Origin: Patescibacteria group bacterium
Lineage (GTDB): Bacteria > Patescibacteriota > Minisyncoccia > UBA6257 > MFKM01
Assembly (NCBI GenBank): GCA_038065115.1
Contig: JBBTRS010000034.1
Location: 1 to 43,558, forward strand
DNA: 43,558 nt
Direction of reading: 5' to 3'
Part shown: positions 31,908 through 41,443 of the stretch, in pieces
Position numbering within the stretch: the first letter of the stretch is position 1
Layout: each line of letters opens with the position of its first letter
Made by a program: the position numbers and the translations under genes
Notes under the pieces: generated by a model
The model's input: the letters and a program-made list of their open reading frames with translations, nothing else
Database searches by the model: none
Told to the model about the DNA's origin: nothing

Positions 31908-33359
31908 ATGACCGAAAATCCCAAAAAAGAGGTTCGAGTGAGAATCGCGCCTTCGCCAACCGGGTCTTTGCACCTAGGAACGGCTAGAACCGCCCTTTTT
32001 AATTGGCTTTTTGCCAGAAAACACGAAGGAACTTTCATTTTACGGATAGAAGACACCGATTTGGAACGTTCTAGCCAGGAACACGAGAAGAATATCATCG
32101 AAGGCCTTCAGTGGTTGGGTTTGAACTGGGACGAAGGGCCTATAAACGCGGATTCGGGCGCGGATAAACGCGAAAAACATACCGGTAATTACGGACCTTA
32201 TAGGCAATCGGAACGTTTGGACATCTATGAAAAATATATAAAAAAACTTCTTCAAGAGAATAAGGCTTATTATTGTTTTTGCTCGAAGGAAGAATTGGAA
32301 GAAGAAAGAGAGGCGATGCTTTCCCAGGGTTTGCCGCCAAAATACAGCGGTCGTTGCAGAAATAACCACGAACCGGATTTTAGCCGGCCATCGGTTATCC
32401 GTTTTAGGGTGCCGGAAACGGAAATAATTTTTCATGATTTGATTCGCGGCAAGGTAAAGTTTGATACCCGTCTTATCGGTGATATTGTCATTGCCAAAGA
32501 TTTACGAACGCCGCTTTATAATTTGGCGGTGGTTATTGATGATTTTGAAATGAAAATTAGCCACGTTATCAGAGGCGAAGATCATATTTCCAATACGCCA
32601 AAACAAATTTTGCTTCAAAACGCTTTGGGCATCGAAGAACCGATTTACGCTCATTTGCCATTAATTCTTTCGCCGGACCGAAGCAAGCTTTCTAAGCGTT
32701 ATTTGGAAACATCAATTGACGATTATCGGAGAGAAGGGTATTTGCCTGAAACATTGATCAATTTTTTGGCCCTATTGGGCTGGCATTCCGAAGAAGACAG
32801 GGAAATATTCAGCTTAGGAGAGTTGATAAAAGAGTTTAATTTAAGACGGGTTCAAAAAGGAGGAGCTGTTTTTAATTTAGAAAAATTAGATTGGCTTAAC
32901 GGCCAATATATTATGAAACTGGAACCCGATAAATTAGCGTATCGTTTAGAAAATTTTGTTCCCCGGGATTGGCTGAAAGACAAAGAATTTTTCACTAAAG
33001 TGGTTGAAATTGAGAAAGCCAGAATTAAAAGATTGATCGATTTTCCCAAATTAGTCGGTTTCTTTTTTGAATTGCCCGACTATCCGGCCAAACTTTTAAT
33101 TTGGGATAAAACATCAAAAGAAAACACTCTTGAAAATCTTCGCTTGATTTTTTCTTTGGTGGAAAATTTTGCCGGAGCCGAAGGTAAAATAATGGCCTTG
33201 GCCGAGAGTCGGGGCAGGGGAGAAACGCTTTGGCCGTTACGGGTGGCTTTTTCCGGTCAAGCCGCTTCGCCGGGCCCTTTTGAGATTATGAAGGCGCTGG
33301 GCAGGGAAGAAAGCTTGAAAAGAATAGAAACAGCCACCTCCAAGCTGGAATCTAGCTAA
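31908..33359 (+). CDS. gltX: glutamyl-tRNA synthetase
   Basis: It has the HIGH motif (PSPTGSLHLG) and the KMSKS-type motif (KLSKR). The ATG at 31908 (MTENPKKEVRVRIAPSPTG) is preferred over the TTG at 31851. Confidence 0.93.
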   Translation: MTENPKKEVRVRIAPSPTGSLHLGTARTALFNWLFARKHEGTFILRIEDTDLERSSQEHEKNIIEGLQWLGLNWDEGPINADSGADKREKHTGNYGPYRQSERLDIYEKYIKKLLQENKAYYCFCSKEELEEEREAMLSQGLPPKYSGRCRNNHEPDFSRPSVIRFRVPETEIIFHDLIRGKVKFDTRLIGDIVIAKDLRTPLYNLAVVIDDFEMKISHVIRGEDHISNTPKQILLQNALGIEEPIYAHLPLILSPDRSKLSKRYLETSIDDYRREGYLPETLINFLALLGWHSEEDREIFSLGELIKEFNLRRVQKGGAVFNLEKLDWLNGQYIMKLEPDKLAYRLENFVPRDWLKDKEFFTKVVEIEKARIKRLIDFPKLVGFFFELPDYPAKLLIWDKTSKENTLENLRLIFSLVENFAGAEGKIMALAESRGRGETLWPLRVAFSGQAASPGPFEIMKALGREESLKRIETATSKLESS

Positions 33360-33415
33360 GAATTTAGAATTTAGAAAATAGAATCTAGAATAAAACCTAG
33401 AATTAAAATAGGAAT

Positions 33416-34786
33416 ATGAAAGATAAATTTTTAAACAAAAAGAAGCTAAATCCTACTTTCTACTTTCTATTTTCTAAATTTTTTTTCATCATTCTACTTT
33501 CTACTTTCTATTTTCTATTTTCTATCGTTCACGCCGCCACCTCCCAAGAATTAAAAAATGAAATCAATCAAAAAAGCGCCGAGCTTCAGCAGATTGAAAC
33601 CGAGCGTCAGCAAATTTTAGACAACCTCAAGGAATTGGACAAGGAAAGCCTTACTCTTCAAAAAGATATTAAAAAAAATGAGTATCAGATTAATCAATTA
33701 AATCTAACCATAAAATCAAGCCGGATTAATATTGAAAAGCTTGGCTTGGAAATCAAATCTTTGGAATATGAAATTAAAAACATTGAAGACAAATCGGGCC
33801 TTAAAAAAGAAGCTATTGTTAAATTGCTAAGAGAGCTCCAGGAGAAAGAGAATGAAAACCTGCTGACTATTTTTTTAAGGAATAAAAGTCTCGCTGAAAG
33901 CGTTTTCGAAACCCAAGAACTTCTTGATTTTAATAACGGTTTAACTCTGGAAGTGGCTGATTTGCGGCGACTTCACGAAGAGCGTTCTCAGAAATTTGAC
34001 GAAATTTCCGTGAGCAAACAAGAACAAGAATCGGAAAATTATAATTTACGAAACCGAAAATTGATAGTGGAAGAACAAAAAACCGAACGGCGGAATCTTT
34101 TGGCGTTAAACAAAAAACAAGAAAAAAATTATCAGCAAAGGATTGAGGAATTGGAAAAACAACAGGCCGAAATTAATACGGAAATCGAAGAAATTGAAGT
34201 TGAATTACGGAAGAGAATAGATCCCACGGTTTTGCCGATACCTCGGCCCGGGGTTTTAGCGATACCCATTAAATTTGATTTAGTTAAAAATTTAACTCAA
34301 GGGTACGGCGCAACGAAGTTTGCCCAGTCGGCTTACAGCAGTAAATTCCACAACGGCATTGATATCGGAGCGCCTATGGGAACGCCCGTTTTAGCGGCGG
34401 AAAATGGCCGGGTGACGGCGGTAGAAAATACCGATTCTTACTGTCCTTCTGTCTGGTACGGCCGAAAAAAATACGGGGGTTCCTATGGAAAATATATTGT
34501 CATTAAACACGAAAATAATCTCTCAACGTTATATTCTCATCTTTCTTTGTCAACCGTAAAAATTGGCGATACGGTGAACAGGGGAGATGTCATCGGTTAC
34601 GTCGGCAATACCGGTTTTTCAACCGGCCCCCATCTTCATTTCACCGTTTACGCTAACATTTACAGCGCCGGAGAGAGATTATTATCTCCGGAAATAAAAA
34701 ATAGCGTTCACTGCGGCCCCCAGCCGTATGGAGCAACGATGAATCCTCTTGATTATGTCGCGGCGGGGCTTTCAGCCGGACGATAA
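33416..34786 (+). CDS. M23 family metallopeptidase with long coiled coil (EnvC/PcsB-like)
   Basis: 456 aa. A signal or anchor sequence is followed by about 230 aa of coiled coil and the M23 motifs HNGIDIGAP and GPHLHF. Confidence 0.88.
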   Translation: MKDKFLNKKKLNPTFYFLFSKFFFIILLSTFYFLFSIVHAATSQELKNEINQKSAELQQIETERQQILDNLKELDKESLTLQKDIKKNEYQINQLNLTIKSSRINIEKLGLEIKSLEYEIKNIEDKSGLKKEAIVKLLRELQEKENENLLTIFLRNKSLAESVFETQELLDFNNGLTLEVADLRRLHEERSQKFDEISVSKQEQESENYNLRNRKLIVEEQKTERRNLLALNKKQEKNYQQRIEELEKQQAEINTEIEEIEVELRKRIDPTVLPIPRPGVLAIPIKFDLVKNLTQGYGATKFAQSAYSSKFHNGIDIGAPMGTPVLAAENGRVTAVENTDSYCPSVWYGRKKYGGSYGKYIVIKHENNLSTLYSHLSLSTVKIGDTVNRGDVIGYVGNTGFSTGPHLHFTVYANIYSAGERLLSPEIKNSVHCGPQPYGATMNPLDYVAAGLSAGR

Positions 34787-34807
34787 TCGGTTATAATAAA
34801 CAAGGAT

Positions 34808-35218
34808 ATGGAATTTAAAATTTTGTTTTTGTTTGTTTTTATTTTAATGATGTTTTTTTCAACAATCGGAATTTCTTTAGCCGAGGTGAAAATTTCCGAT
34901 ATGCCGACTTCGGAAAAAATTCAGAATTTTATTCCCAAGCCCTTAACCGAACTTTTTAAAATGTTTAATAATATAAACCTTGATTTTCTTAAATTGCCAT
35001 TTTTCAACCGGGTAGCGGAGAGTATCCCAAAATCAGGCGAAGAGATTGGAAATAGCTTCCAGAAGCTAACCAGCGGCCTAGAAATTGCGAATAATTGGCT
35101 AAAAAGCCGTATCGGGCTGGATGTCGTTTTTATGGTTAAAAAGATAGGAGAGTTTTTTGTTTGGATTTTTGAAGGCATCGCCAATTTAATTAAAACTGGG
35201 CTGTCTTTTATAAAATAA
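34808..35218 (+). CDS. hypothetical secreted/membrane protein
   Basis: 136 aa. It has an N-terminal signal-like helix (ILFLFVFILMMFFSTIGISLA) and a C-terminal amphipathic or hydrophobic segment. Confidence 0.5.
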   Translation: MEFKILFLFVFILMMFFSTIGISLAEVKISDMPTSEKIQNFIPKPLTELFKMFNNINLDFLKLPFFNRVAESIPKSGEEIGNSFQKLTSGLEIANNWLKSRIGLDVVFMVKKIGEFFVWIFEGIANLIKTGLSFIK

Positions 35219-35270
35219 AAAAATCTTGATAAATTTGTCGGCTGATAGCTGGCTTTTAATTATTATCAAC

Positions 35271-35357
35271 AATAGGGAAGTCTTTCAATGAATGTTTTAA
35301 TAGATATGTCGTAAAAGGTATATTGTACGACACATCTAGCTATTGAAAATCCCTATT
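35271..35357. other. 87-nt composite hairpin in the intergenic region upstream of the PD-(D/E)XK nuclease gene
   Basis: AATAGGGA (35271-35278) pairs with TCCCTATT (35350-35357). TTTCAAT (35283-35289) pairs with ATTGAAA (35342-35348). AGATATGTCGTA (35302-35313) pairs with TACGACACATCT (35326-35337) as 12 bp with one mismatch. Confidence 0.45.
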
Positions 35358-35391
35358 CCCCTGTTAAGATATAAAGACGCCAAAGACACTT

Positions 35392-36165
35392 ATGTATTAT
35401 TCAAATTTAGAGCATTTTAAAGGTTTAAGCGGTTACGAAATAGACGGTTCGTGGTATCCGCGCGTAACTAAAATTATTGACATCAAGGCCAAGCCGGCGC
35501 TTTATCGTTTTTACGCCGAAATGGGCAATTTCAACGAAGGAGAGGCGGTCAAAAAACAATCGGCGACCGAAGGCACGCTGATGCACGAAACCATTGAACA
35601 AATTCTCGTTGGCAAGTCCCCTGTTATTGATCCAATTATTGCCCCGGCTGTTGAGGCTTTTTTGGAATTACGGGAAAAAAGAAACATTCAAGTTGATGAG
35701 CAATTCGTGGAAAAGCAGATTGTTCATTTTGATGAACGTTACGCCGGCACTCTTGACGCGCTAGCTCTTATTGACGGCAAATTCGGGGTTTTGGACATCA
35801 AAACATCCCAAGCGATTTATCGCGATTATAATCTTCAAACCGCGGCTTATATGGCGGCTGTCCAAAATGAGCATAAAAATATCCAAACCCGTTGGATTTT
35901 AAGAATTGATCAAATTAAGACTTGTTTTGACTGCGGCGCTACGCTTCGTCAAAAAGGCGGCCGGGAAAAAATAAAATTGCCCTGGATTAACGGCGGAACC
36001 AGCGCGAAAGCGAAAAATTGCGAACACCGATGGTCGGAACTTAAAGGCAGCATTGAGCTAAAAGAATTCCCCTATTGGGAAGAAGATTTTAAAGCATTTC
36101 TAGGCGCCAAGAAACTTTGGGAATGGGAAAATGAATTTTGGTTAAAACAGATTGGGTATATTTAA
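35392..36165 (+). CDS. PD-(D/E)XK nuclease superfamily protein (RecB/Cas4-like fold) with C-terminal Cys/His cluster
   Basis: 257 aa. The motifs are GTLMHE, YAGTLDAL, VLDIKTS (D-x-K) and QTAAY. A CFDCG...NCEHRW zinc-ribbon-like segment follows. Confidence 0.72.
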   Translation: MYYSNLEHFKGLSGYEIDGSWYPRVTKIIDIKAKPALYRFYAEMGNFNEGEAVKKQSATEGTLMHETIEQILVGKSPVIDPIIAPAVEAFLELREKRNIQVDEQFVEKQIVHFDERYAGTLDALALIDGKFGVLDIKTSQAIYRDYNLQTAAYMAAVQNEHKNIQTRWILRIDQIKTCFDCGATLRQKGGREKIKLPWINGGTSAKAKNCEHRWSELKGSIELKEFPYWEEDFKAFLGAKKLWEWENEFWLKQIGYI

Positions 36166-36194
36166 ATAAAAAGATTCTCTAGTTTTTTATCTTT

Positions 36195-37256
36195 TTATAA
36201 AAATCTTGCTAGAAAGAACAATGCCAGGCCGATAGCGCTGGAAAGAGCCGAGATAATCCAAAAACGCATTGTTACTTGAGTTTCCGGCCAGCCGATGGCT
36301 TCAAAATGATGGTGAATCGGAGTGGAAAGAAAAATTTTCCGGTGAAAAATTTTTTTGCTTATCGTTTGAACAATCACCGAAAGCGACTCAACCACCAGGA
36401 TTAAGGCGAAAAACGGCAGAAAAAAAGCGGTATTGGTTAACATGGCGATGACTCCCAAGGTGATACCTAAAGACATAGAACCGGTGTCCCCCATAAAAAA
36501 TTTGGCCGGATAAACATTAAACCAAAGAAAAGCCAGCAAAGTCCCCAGTATCACCATTTCCATCGCCGCCAAGTCGTACCGGCCCAAGACAAAAGAAATA
36601 ACAACCAAAGAACCGAAAGCAAACAGAAGAATGCCGCCGGCTAAACCGTCAAGGCCGTCGGTCTCGTTGGCGGAAAAAGCGGTAGCCACGATAATAAATA
36701 TAAAAATGGGAATGTACCACCAACCGATTTCAAAATTTCCTAAAAAGGGAACGTAAAAAGTGCTCCAGCCGAGGCGGAAGTAAAACCACCAAGCGCCAAT
36801 GGCCGCGACAAAAGTATAGAGAATTATTTTCAGTCCCATTTGCAAGCCGCCGCCTTTAGGACCGATCTTTAGTATCCCCAAAAAATCATCAAACAAGCCG
36901 ATAATTCCGGCAATCAACATCGTCGCTAGTGGCAAATAGGTTTGAGCCCGGTTAATAAAATTGAAATAACCCCAAAAACCGTCCGCTAACTTACTCAATA
37001 TTAAAAATAAAAGCGCCAAAACGATAACCGTCCCCCAAATGATTACCCCGCCCATGGTCGGCGTTTGGGATTTGTTTTGATGGAGTCGGGAAAAAACCGG
37101 AGTTAAAGAAGCATCGCGAATATTTTTTTTGGTTAGATTGAATTTATGAAGAAGCCGAACCGTCAACGGCGCCAACAAAAAAGAAACCCCAAAAGAGACC
37201 GCTAATAAAATCAGCATTCTTACGACCTGAAAAACAATTTGGACATTACCGTTCAT
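36195..37256 (-). CDS. mraY: phospho-N-acetylmuramoyl-pentapeptide transferase
   Basis: 353 aa, polytopic. The motifs are TPTMGG, DDFLGI, NETDGLDGLAGG, GDTGSMSLG and HHHFE. Confidence 0.93.
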   Translation of the reverse strand: MNGNVQIVFQVVRMLILLAVSFGVSFLLAPLTVRLLHKFNLTKKNIRDASLTPVFSRLHQNKSQTPTMGGVIIWGTVIVLALLFLILSKLADGFWGYFNFINRAQTYLPLATMLIAGIIGLFDDFLGILKIGPKGGGLQMGLKIILYTFVAAIGAWWFYFRLGWSTFYVPFLGNFEIGWWYIPIFIFIIVATAFSANETDGLDGLAGGILLFAFGSLVVISFVLGRYDLAAMEMVILGTLLAFLWFNVYPAKFFMGDTGSMSLGITLGVIAMLTNTAFFLPFFALILVVESLSVIVQTISKKIFHRKIFLSTPIHHHFEAIGWPETQVTMRFWIISALSSAIGLALFFLARFL

Positions 37257-38289
37257 TTTGGTATCGGGTTATATAGCCAAGAAGCTCTCTGGTTTGCTCA
37301 AAACGATTTTCGCTTCCCAAAACGACGATTAAAATTTTGCGGTTATTTAAAGAAAACAAAGAAACTAAATTTTCTTTGGCTTCGTCAAGATAACCGGTTT
37401 TACCGCCTAGAAAATTCGGTTGGCCGGCGAAAAAATTAATATTTCGCAGATTGCCAATTTTTGTTTCCTGGCTGTAATTCAATATTTCCGGATAATTTTC
37501 GGCTATGTATTTCATTAATTTTCTGATGTCATTAGCCGTTGATTGATTAATCGGAGAAAGGCCGGTCGGGTCAAAAAAAACCGTTTGGCTCAAGCCAAGA
37601 TTAACCGCTTTTTTATTCATCAATTTAACGAAATCGGGCAAGCCGAAACTGTAGAATTCCGCTAGAGCCGTCGCCGCGTCATTACTGGAAGTTAAAATCA
37701 TTATTTTTATTAAATTTTCAACTTTGCGCAATTCGCCCGTTTTCAATTTTCCCGAATCCCCTTCCGTGGCGATGGCATTCTCGCTGATTATGACTTCTTT
37801 TTCTTTACCGATTTCTTCAATGGCTAAAACCGCGGTCATTAATTTAGTGATAGAAGCCAAAGGCCAACGCTGATTAATATTATAACCGATAAAATCGGTA
37901 TTATCATCTAAATCGGAGATTAAAGTAATTTTACTTTTAAAACTAATGGGTGTTGCTGGCTGGTTGCTCGCCGATGACTGTTCTTCAAGAATCGGCGATT
38001 GCTGATAAGAAACAGGGCTTTCGGGAAAAAAACCATAGGGAATAGCTGTGATTAAATTTTCCGAAAAACCATTGCCGTTTTCATAATTTAATATCGGCGA
38101 ATTTTCGGACAAAACTTCTTCCGTATTAGCGGTTGCCAGTTCCTCCGAAATTAAATTATTAGCTTTCGTTGATTCCGCGAAAGAGATCGATTGTTTTATC
38201 GTAAGCGTTTTAATTTTTGTTTCTTTGGTAATCAATAAAGAAGTTAAAATCAAAACTACCAATAATAAAGATTGAAAGTTGTTATACAT
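37246..38289 (-). CDS. D-alanyl-D-alanine carboxypeptidase (S11, PBP5-like)
   Basis: 347 aa. The motifs are SxxK (SITKLMTA), SxN (SSND) and KTG (GGKTGY). An N-terminal anchor is present. Confidence 0.85.
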   Translation of the reverse strand: MYNNFQSLLLVVLILTSLLITKETKIKTLTIKQSISFAESTKANNLISEELATANTEEVLSENSPILNYENGNGFSENLITAIPYGFFPESPVSYQQSPILEEQSSASNQPATPISFKSKITLISDLDDNTDFIGYNINQRWPLASITKLMTAVLAIEEIGKEKEVIISENAIATEGDSGKLKTGELRKVENLIKIMILTSSNDAATALAEFYSFGLPDFVKLMNKKAVNLGLSQTVFFDPTGLSPINQSTANDIRKLMKYIAENYPEILNYSQETKIGNLRNINFFAGQPNFLGGKTGYLDEAKENLVSLFSLNNRKILIVVLGSENRFEQTRELLGYITRYQNER

Positions 38290-38327
38290 TGCCGATATTA
38301 TTTAAATTGAGATTTTTTATGCGAATG

Positions 38328-38915
38328 CTACGTTTTTGTTTCGCCCAATGAAGTTTTATCTGACGAGGCGAGTTTGAATTTTTCAACCAGATTATTGTAT
38401 TTTTGATATTCTGGAAGCTCTTCCTGCTTTGCCAAGCCAAAATGTTTTAAAAAATCAAAACTGATATTGTAAAGGAAGATATAGGGCCGTTGCGGATCGG
38501 GATAGCGTTCCACTAATCCCCTGACCAAAAGATTTCTTAAAATATAACCGGAATTAACGCCTCTTAGATAATCAACCATTGACCGCGCGATTGGGCCGTT
38601 GTAAGCAACAATAGAAAGCGTTTCTAGAGCCGCCGGCGTCAGATTTTCTTTGATTTCCTCTTTGATTATTTTTTCGCCTAACTTGTGGAAATCGGGTTTG
38701 GTCGCTAATTGAATTTGATCGCCGATTCTATTTAACATTAAACCCCGATTATTGTCGGATTTTAATTGAATCTCAAAAACATTGATTATTTCTTCCAGCT
38801 CTTCTTTTTTGATTTCCAAAAGTTCGGCTATTTTTTTAAGCTCCATTGGTTCGCCGTAAATAAATAACAAGCTTTCCAAAGCCGCGGTTAAATTATTTTT
38901 TGTTTGCTCTTCCAT
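38328..38915 (-). CDS. scpB: segregation and condensation protein B
   Basis: 195 aa. The N-terminus is LESLLFIYGEPM, and two winged-helix segments are present (LETLSIVAYNGPIARSMVDYLRGV). It lies downstream of scpA. Confidence 0.88.
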   Translation of the reverse strand: MEEQTKNNLTAALESLLFIYGEPMELKKIAELLEIKKEELEEIINVFEIQLKSDNNRGLMLNRIGDQIQLATKPDFHKLGEKIIKEEIKENLTPAALETLSIVAYNGPIARSMVDYLRGVNSGYILRNLLVRGLVERYPDPQRPYIFLYNISFDFLKHFGLAKQEELPEYQKYNNLVEKFKLASSDKTSLGETKT

Positions 38916-38924
38916 TTTTTAATA

Positions 38925-39659
38925 TTAGATTCTCGGCTGTATTTTTTCAATGGTAATCTCGGAAAAATGCGTATCTTGTTGAACATCTATCAAATGGTCT
39001 TTGATTAGGTGGAGAATGACCAGAAAACAGGTGATAATTTCGGCCCTGGATTGCGAATCGGTCATTTTTCCAAAATTAACTGTTTGGGCGGTCTTTAGTC
39101 TTTCCAAAAACTCCCGCATTTTTTCCTCTAAATTTATTATTTCTAATTTGAAGTCTTTGGTTTCATAAACGAATTTTTGAAGTTCAGAAAGCAAACGATC
39201 AATAACGTTTTTTAGGTCGCTTGGTTTTAAATTTTTCGGCGGATAAAAAGATTTATTTTCCGGCAAATAGGAAAATCGCGAAGCTAAAAATTCTCGGCTA
39301 AAAACAAGGGGCCGTTCTTGCCAAAGATTTTTAAGGTGGTTTCTGGCGGCTTTGAATTCTTGATAAATTTTCAAACGTTCTTCCAAGTCTCTAATCCCCT
39401 CTTCCTCCTCCTGTTCTAAAACTAAATTCGGCAAAAGAGCTTTTGATTTTACCAAAAGAAGACGGGAAGCGACTACCAGGAAATCCGCTAAAATATTTGG
39501 CGCCCGTTTTTCAATAGTCGTCAAATAAGTCAAAAAATCGGCTGTTACCTGGGCTAGGTTTAATTGGGTAATTTCTAATTTTTTCTCCTCAATCAATTCC
39601 AGCAGTTTTTCAATCGGTCCGGAAAATTGTTCTAGTTTTAATTCGTAAGCCATTGACAT
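38925..39659 (-). CDS. scpA: segregation and condensation protein A
   Basis: 244 aa. The typical ScpA N-terminus LEQFSGPIEKLLELIEEKKLEITQLNLAQVTADFL is present. Confidence 0.88.
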   Translation of the reverse strand: MSMAYELKLEQFSGPIEKLLELIEEKKLEITQLNLAQVTADFLTYLTTIEKRAPNILADFLVVASRLLLVKSKALLPNLVLEQEEEEGIRDLEERLKIYQEFKAARNHLKNLWQERPLVFSREFLASRFSYLPENKSFYPPKNLKPSDLKNVIDRLLSELQKFVYETKDFKLEIINLEEKMREFLERLKTAQTVNFGKMTDSQSRAEIITCFLVILHLIKDHLIDVQQDTHFSEITIEKIQPRI

Positions 39660-39700
39660 TGGTTATTTTATACCATAACCTTAAAATAATAAAACATCAC

Positions 39701-40033
39701 ATGAAGCTGATTTATTACAAGCTATCAATCATTGCTTTAACTATTTTTTTGGTAAGCGGAATCGTTCTCCGGATTCAAAACACCGGTCCTGGTTTAATTA
39801 AGAAAATAACCGCTCAAGAAGCGGCGGACAAAGCCGTAAGCTATATTAATAATAATATCTTAGGGGAGCAAGTTATCGCTAATTTGATAAACGTGATTGA
39901 AGACAAAGAAAAAAATCTTTATAAACTAAATCTGGAAATAGGAGATCAAAAAATGGAGTCTTATGTAACCATGGATGGAAAAGTTTTATTTCCCAACGCT
40001 ATTGATTTAGACGCGGCTACTGCGACTGAATAA
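39701..40033 (+). CDS. membrane-anchored hypothetical protein
   Basis: The ATG at 39701 (MKLIYYKLSIIALTIFLVSGIV) is preferred over the non-ATG start at 39653, which would overlap scpA. Confidence 0.5.
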   Translation: MKLIYYKLSIIALTIFLVSGIVLRIQNTGPGLIKKITAQEAADKAVSYINNNILGEQVIANLINVIEDKEKNLYKLNLEIGDQKMESYVTMDGKVLFPNAIDLDAATATE

Positions 40034-40067
40034 TAAATAATAAAAAGAGAATTCTGGTTATCAGTGA

Positions 40068-41303
40068 TTAGAATTGGTAAATATTTGAAGGGTTCCAAAT
40101 CATAAAACCACTAAGCGATTCCGGCGTGCTGGTGGCGGCGTCATAAACAGCTAAAATTTGCTTTTTAACCATCTCTGCGTTGTAATCAGCTCCTAAATCA
40201 AAATCCTGAATCCACGGACGAAGCTTGGAATTCAAAACATAGGACTTAGAATCCAGGAATTCGGTTGACGTGGAGTTTCTGATTCCTAATTCATAATTTT
40301 TGAGGCGTTGAAATGCCGAATCCATTGAATACTTTATTACCTCGTATGGATATAAAGCGGGGTTTTTATATCCTAAAAATCCGGAAGCATAATGAGACGG
40401 GTAAATCATTGGCGCAACATAATCAAAATACTGGTAAGCGTTTTCAATAACCTGCCCGATGCCTAAATCGTCTTTGTTGATAGTCGCTAATCCGAAAAGG
40501 TCGGCGGAGATTTTAATTCCGGTTAATTCCCGACGCAGGGTTTTAAAAAAATTTTCGATGACTGAACTTTTCGGAATTTTTTCATCCCAAAAAGGGAAAC
40601 CCATGTCTTCCAGATCGCCGTCTGAAGGAAAACGAATATAATCAAAATTCAGTTCATCAAAGCCGCGACTGGCTATTTCTTTGGCGATAGCGATATTGTA
40701 ATCCCAGGCTTCTTCGGCTGCCGGATCAATCCATGTTATTTTTTTATTATCTAACCAGGAATCGCCGGTTTTTTTGCTTTTAACGGTTAAATCCGGTCTG
40801 GCTTTTCCCAATCGCGGGTCTTGAAAAATAGTAATTCGGGCGATTGTGTAAATTCCTTCATCGTGAAGTTGTTTGATAAGGCGGTTAATTCGGGGGATCC
40901 TTATTTCTTTGGCCTGATATTTTTCTACTTCCGGCACTTTAATGTCATAAGCGATATAGCCGGAATAATCCTTGATATCAATCACAACCGCGTTAATTTC
41001 CGTGGTTTTGGTTAAATCAATTAGGTATTTTATCTTGGCGGGATTACCGGCGGACCAATTGGTCAGATAAATTGCCTTGATCGTTTTAGGCGGCTCGGCC
41101 AAAGCTTTTTGATTTTCAATATCAACCGGTTTTGCCGGAAGCTGGTCTAATTTTTGACTTTCCGTTTGAATGACAGTTCCAGATGTCGCCACGGAAACAT
41201 CCGGAGCAACGATTTCTATTTTATTCGTTCCCGCTAAAAACAAAAAAATAGCGGCGCTGATTATCAAAATAATTGGAATAAATACTCCTGGCAATATTTT
41301 CAT
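40068..41303 (-). CDS. putative glycoside hydrolase, DUF4015 (TIM-barrel) family
   Basis: 411 aa with an N-terminal anchor. It has the DUF4015 hallmark FDELNFDYIRFPSDG. Confidence 0.72.
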   Translation of the reverse strand: MKILPGVFIPIILIISAAIFLFLAGTNKIEIVAPDVSVATSGTVIQTESQKLDQLPAKPVDIENQKALAEPPKTIKAIYLTNWSAGNPAKIKYLIDLTKTTEINAVVIDIKDYSGYIAYDIKVPEVEKYQAKEIRIPRINRLIKQLHDEGIYTIARITIFQDPRLGKARPDLTVKSKKTGDSWLDNKKITWIDPAAEEAWDYNIAIAKEIASRGFDELNFDYIRFPSDGDLEDMGFPFWDEKIPKSSVIENFFKTLRRELTGIKISADLFGLATINKDDLGIGQVIENAYQYFDYVAPMIYPSHYASGFLGYKNPALYPYEVIKYSMDSAFQRLKNYELGIRNSTSTEFLDSKSYVLNSKLRPWIQDFDLGADYNAEMVKKQILAVYDAATSTPESLSGFMIWNPSNIYQF

Positions 41304-41443
41304 AGTATTCTTTAAAGTTTTATAATTAAAGTATAGCTTAAATTGAGTAATTTGTTTTCAAGGCCCCTAAGCAGTCTTAGGCTGGGGGCTTTTATGTTTA
41401 TTAGCCATTTGTTATTAGTCATCAGTCATTTTATAATATAGCA

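Noticed and set aside
41362-41393. SRP (4.5S) RNA upstream of dnaX, a common position. The candidate is the hairpin GCCCCTAAGCAGTCTTAGGCTGGGGC followed by TTTT.
   Set aside because: It is far too short and lacks the GGAA tetraloop and the AGCA symmetric-loop motifs of SRP domain IV. It is more likely a simple hairpin or terminator.
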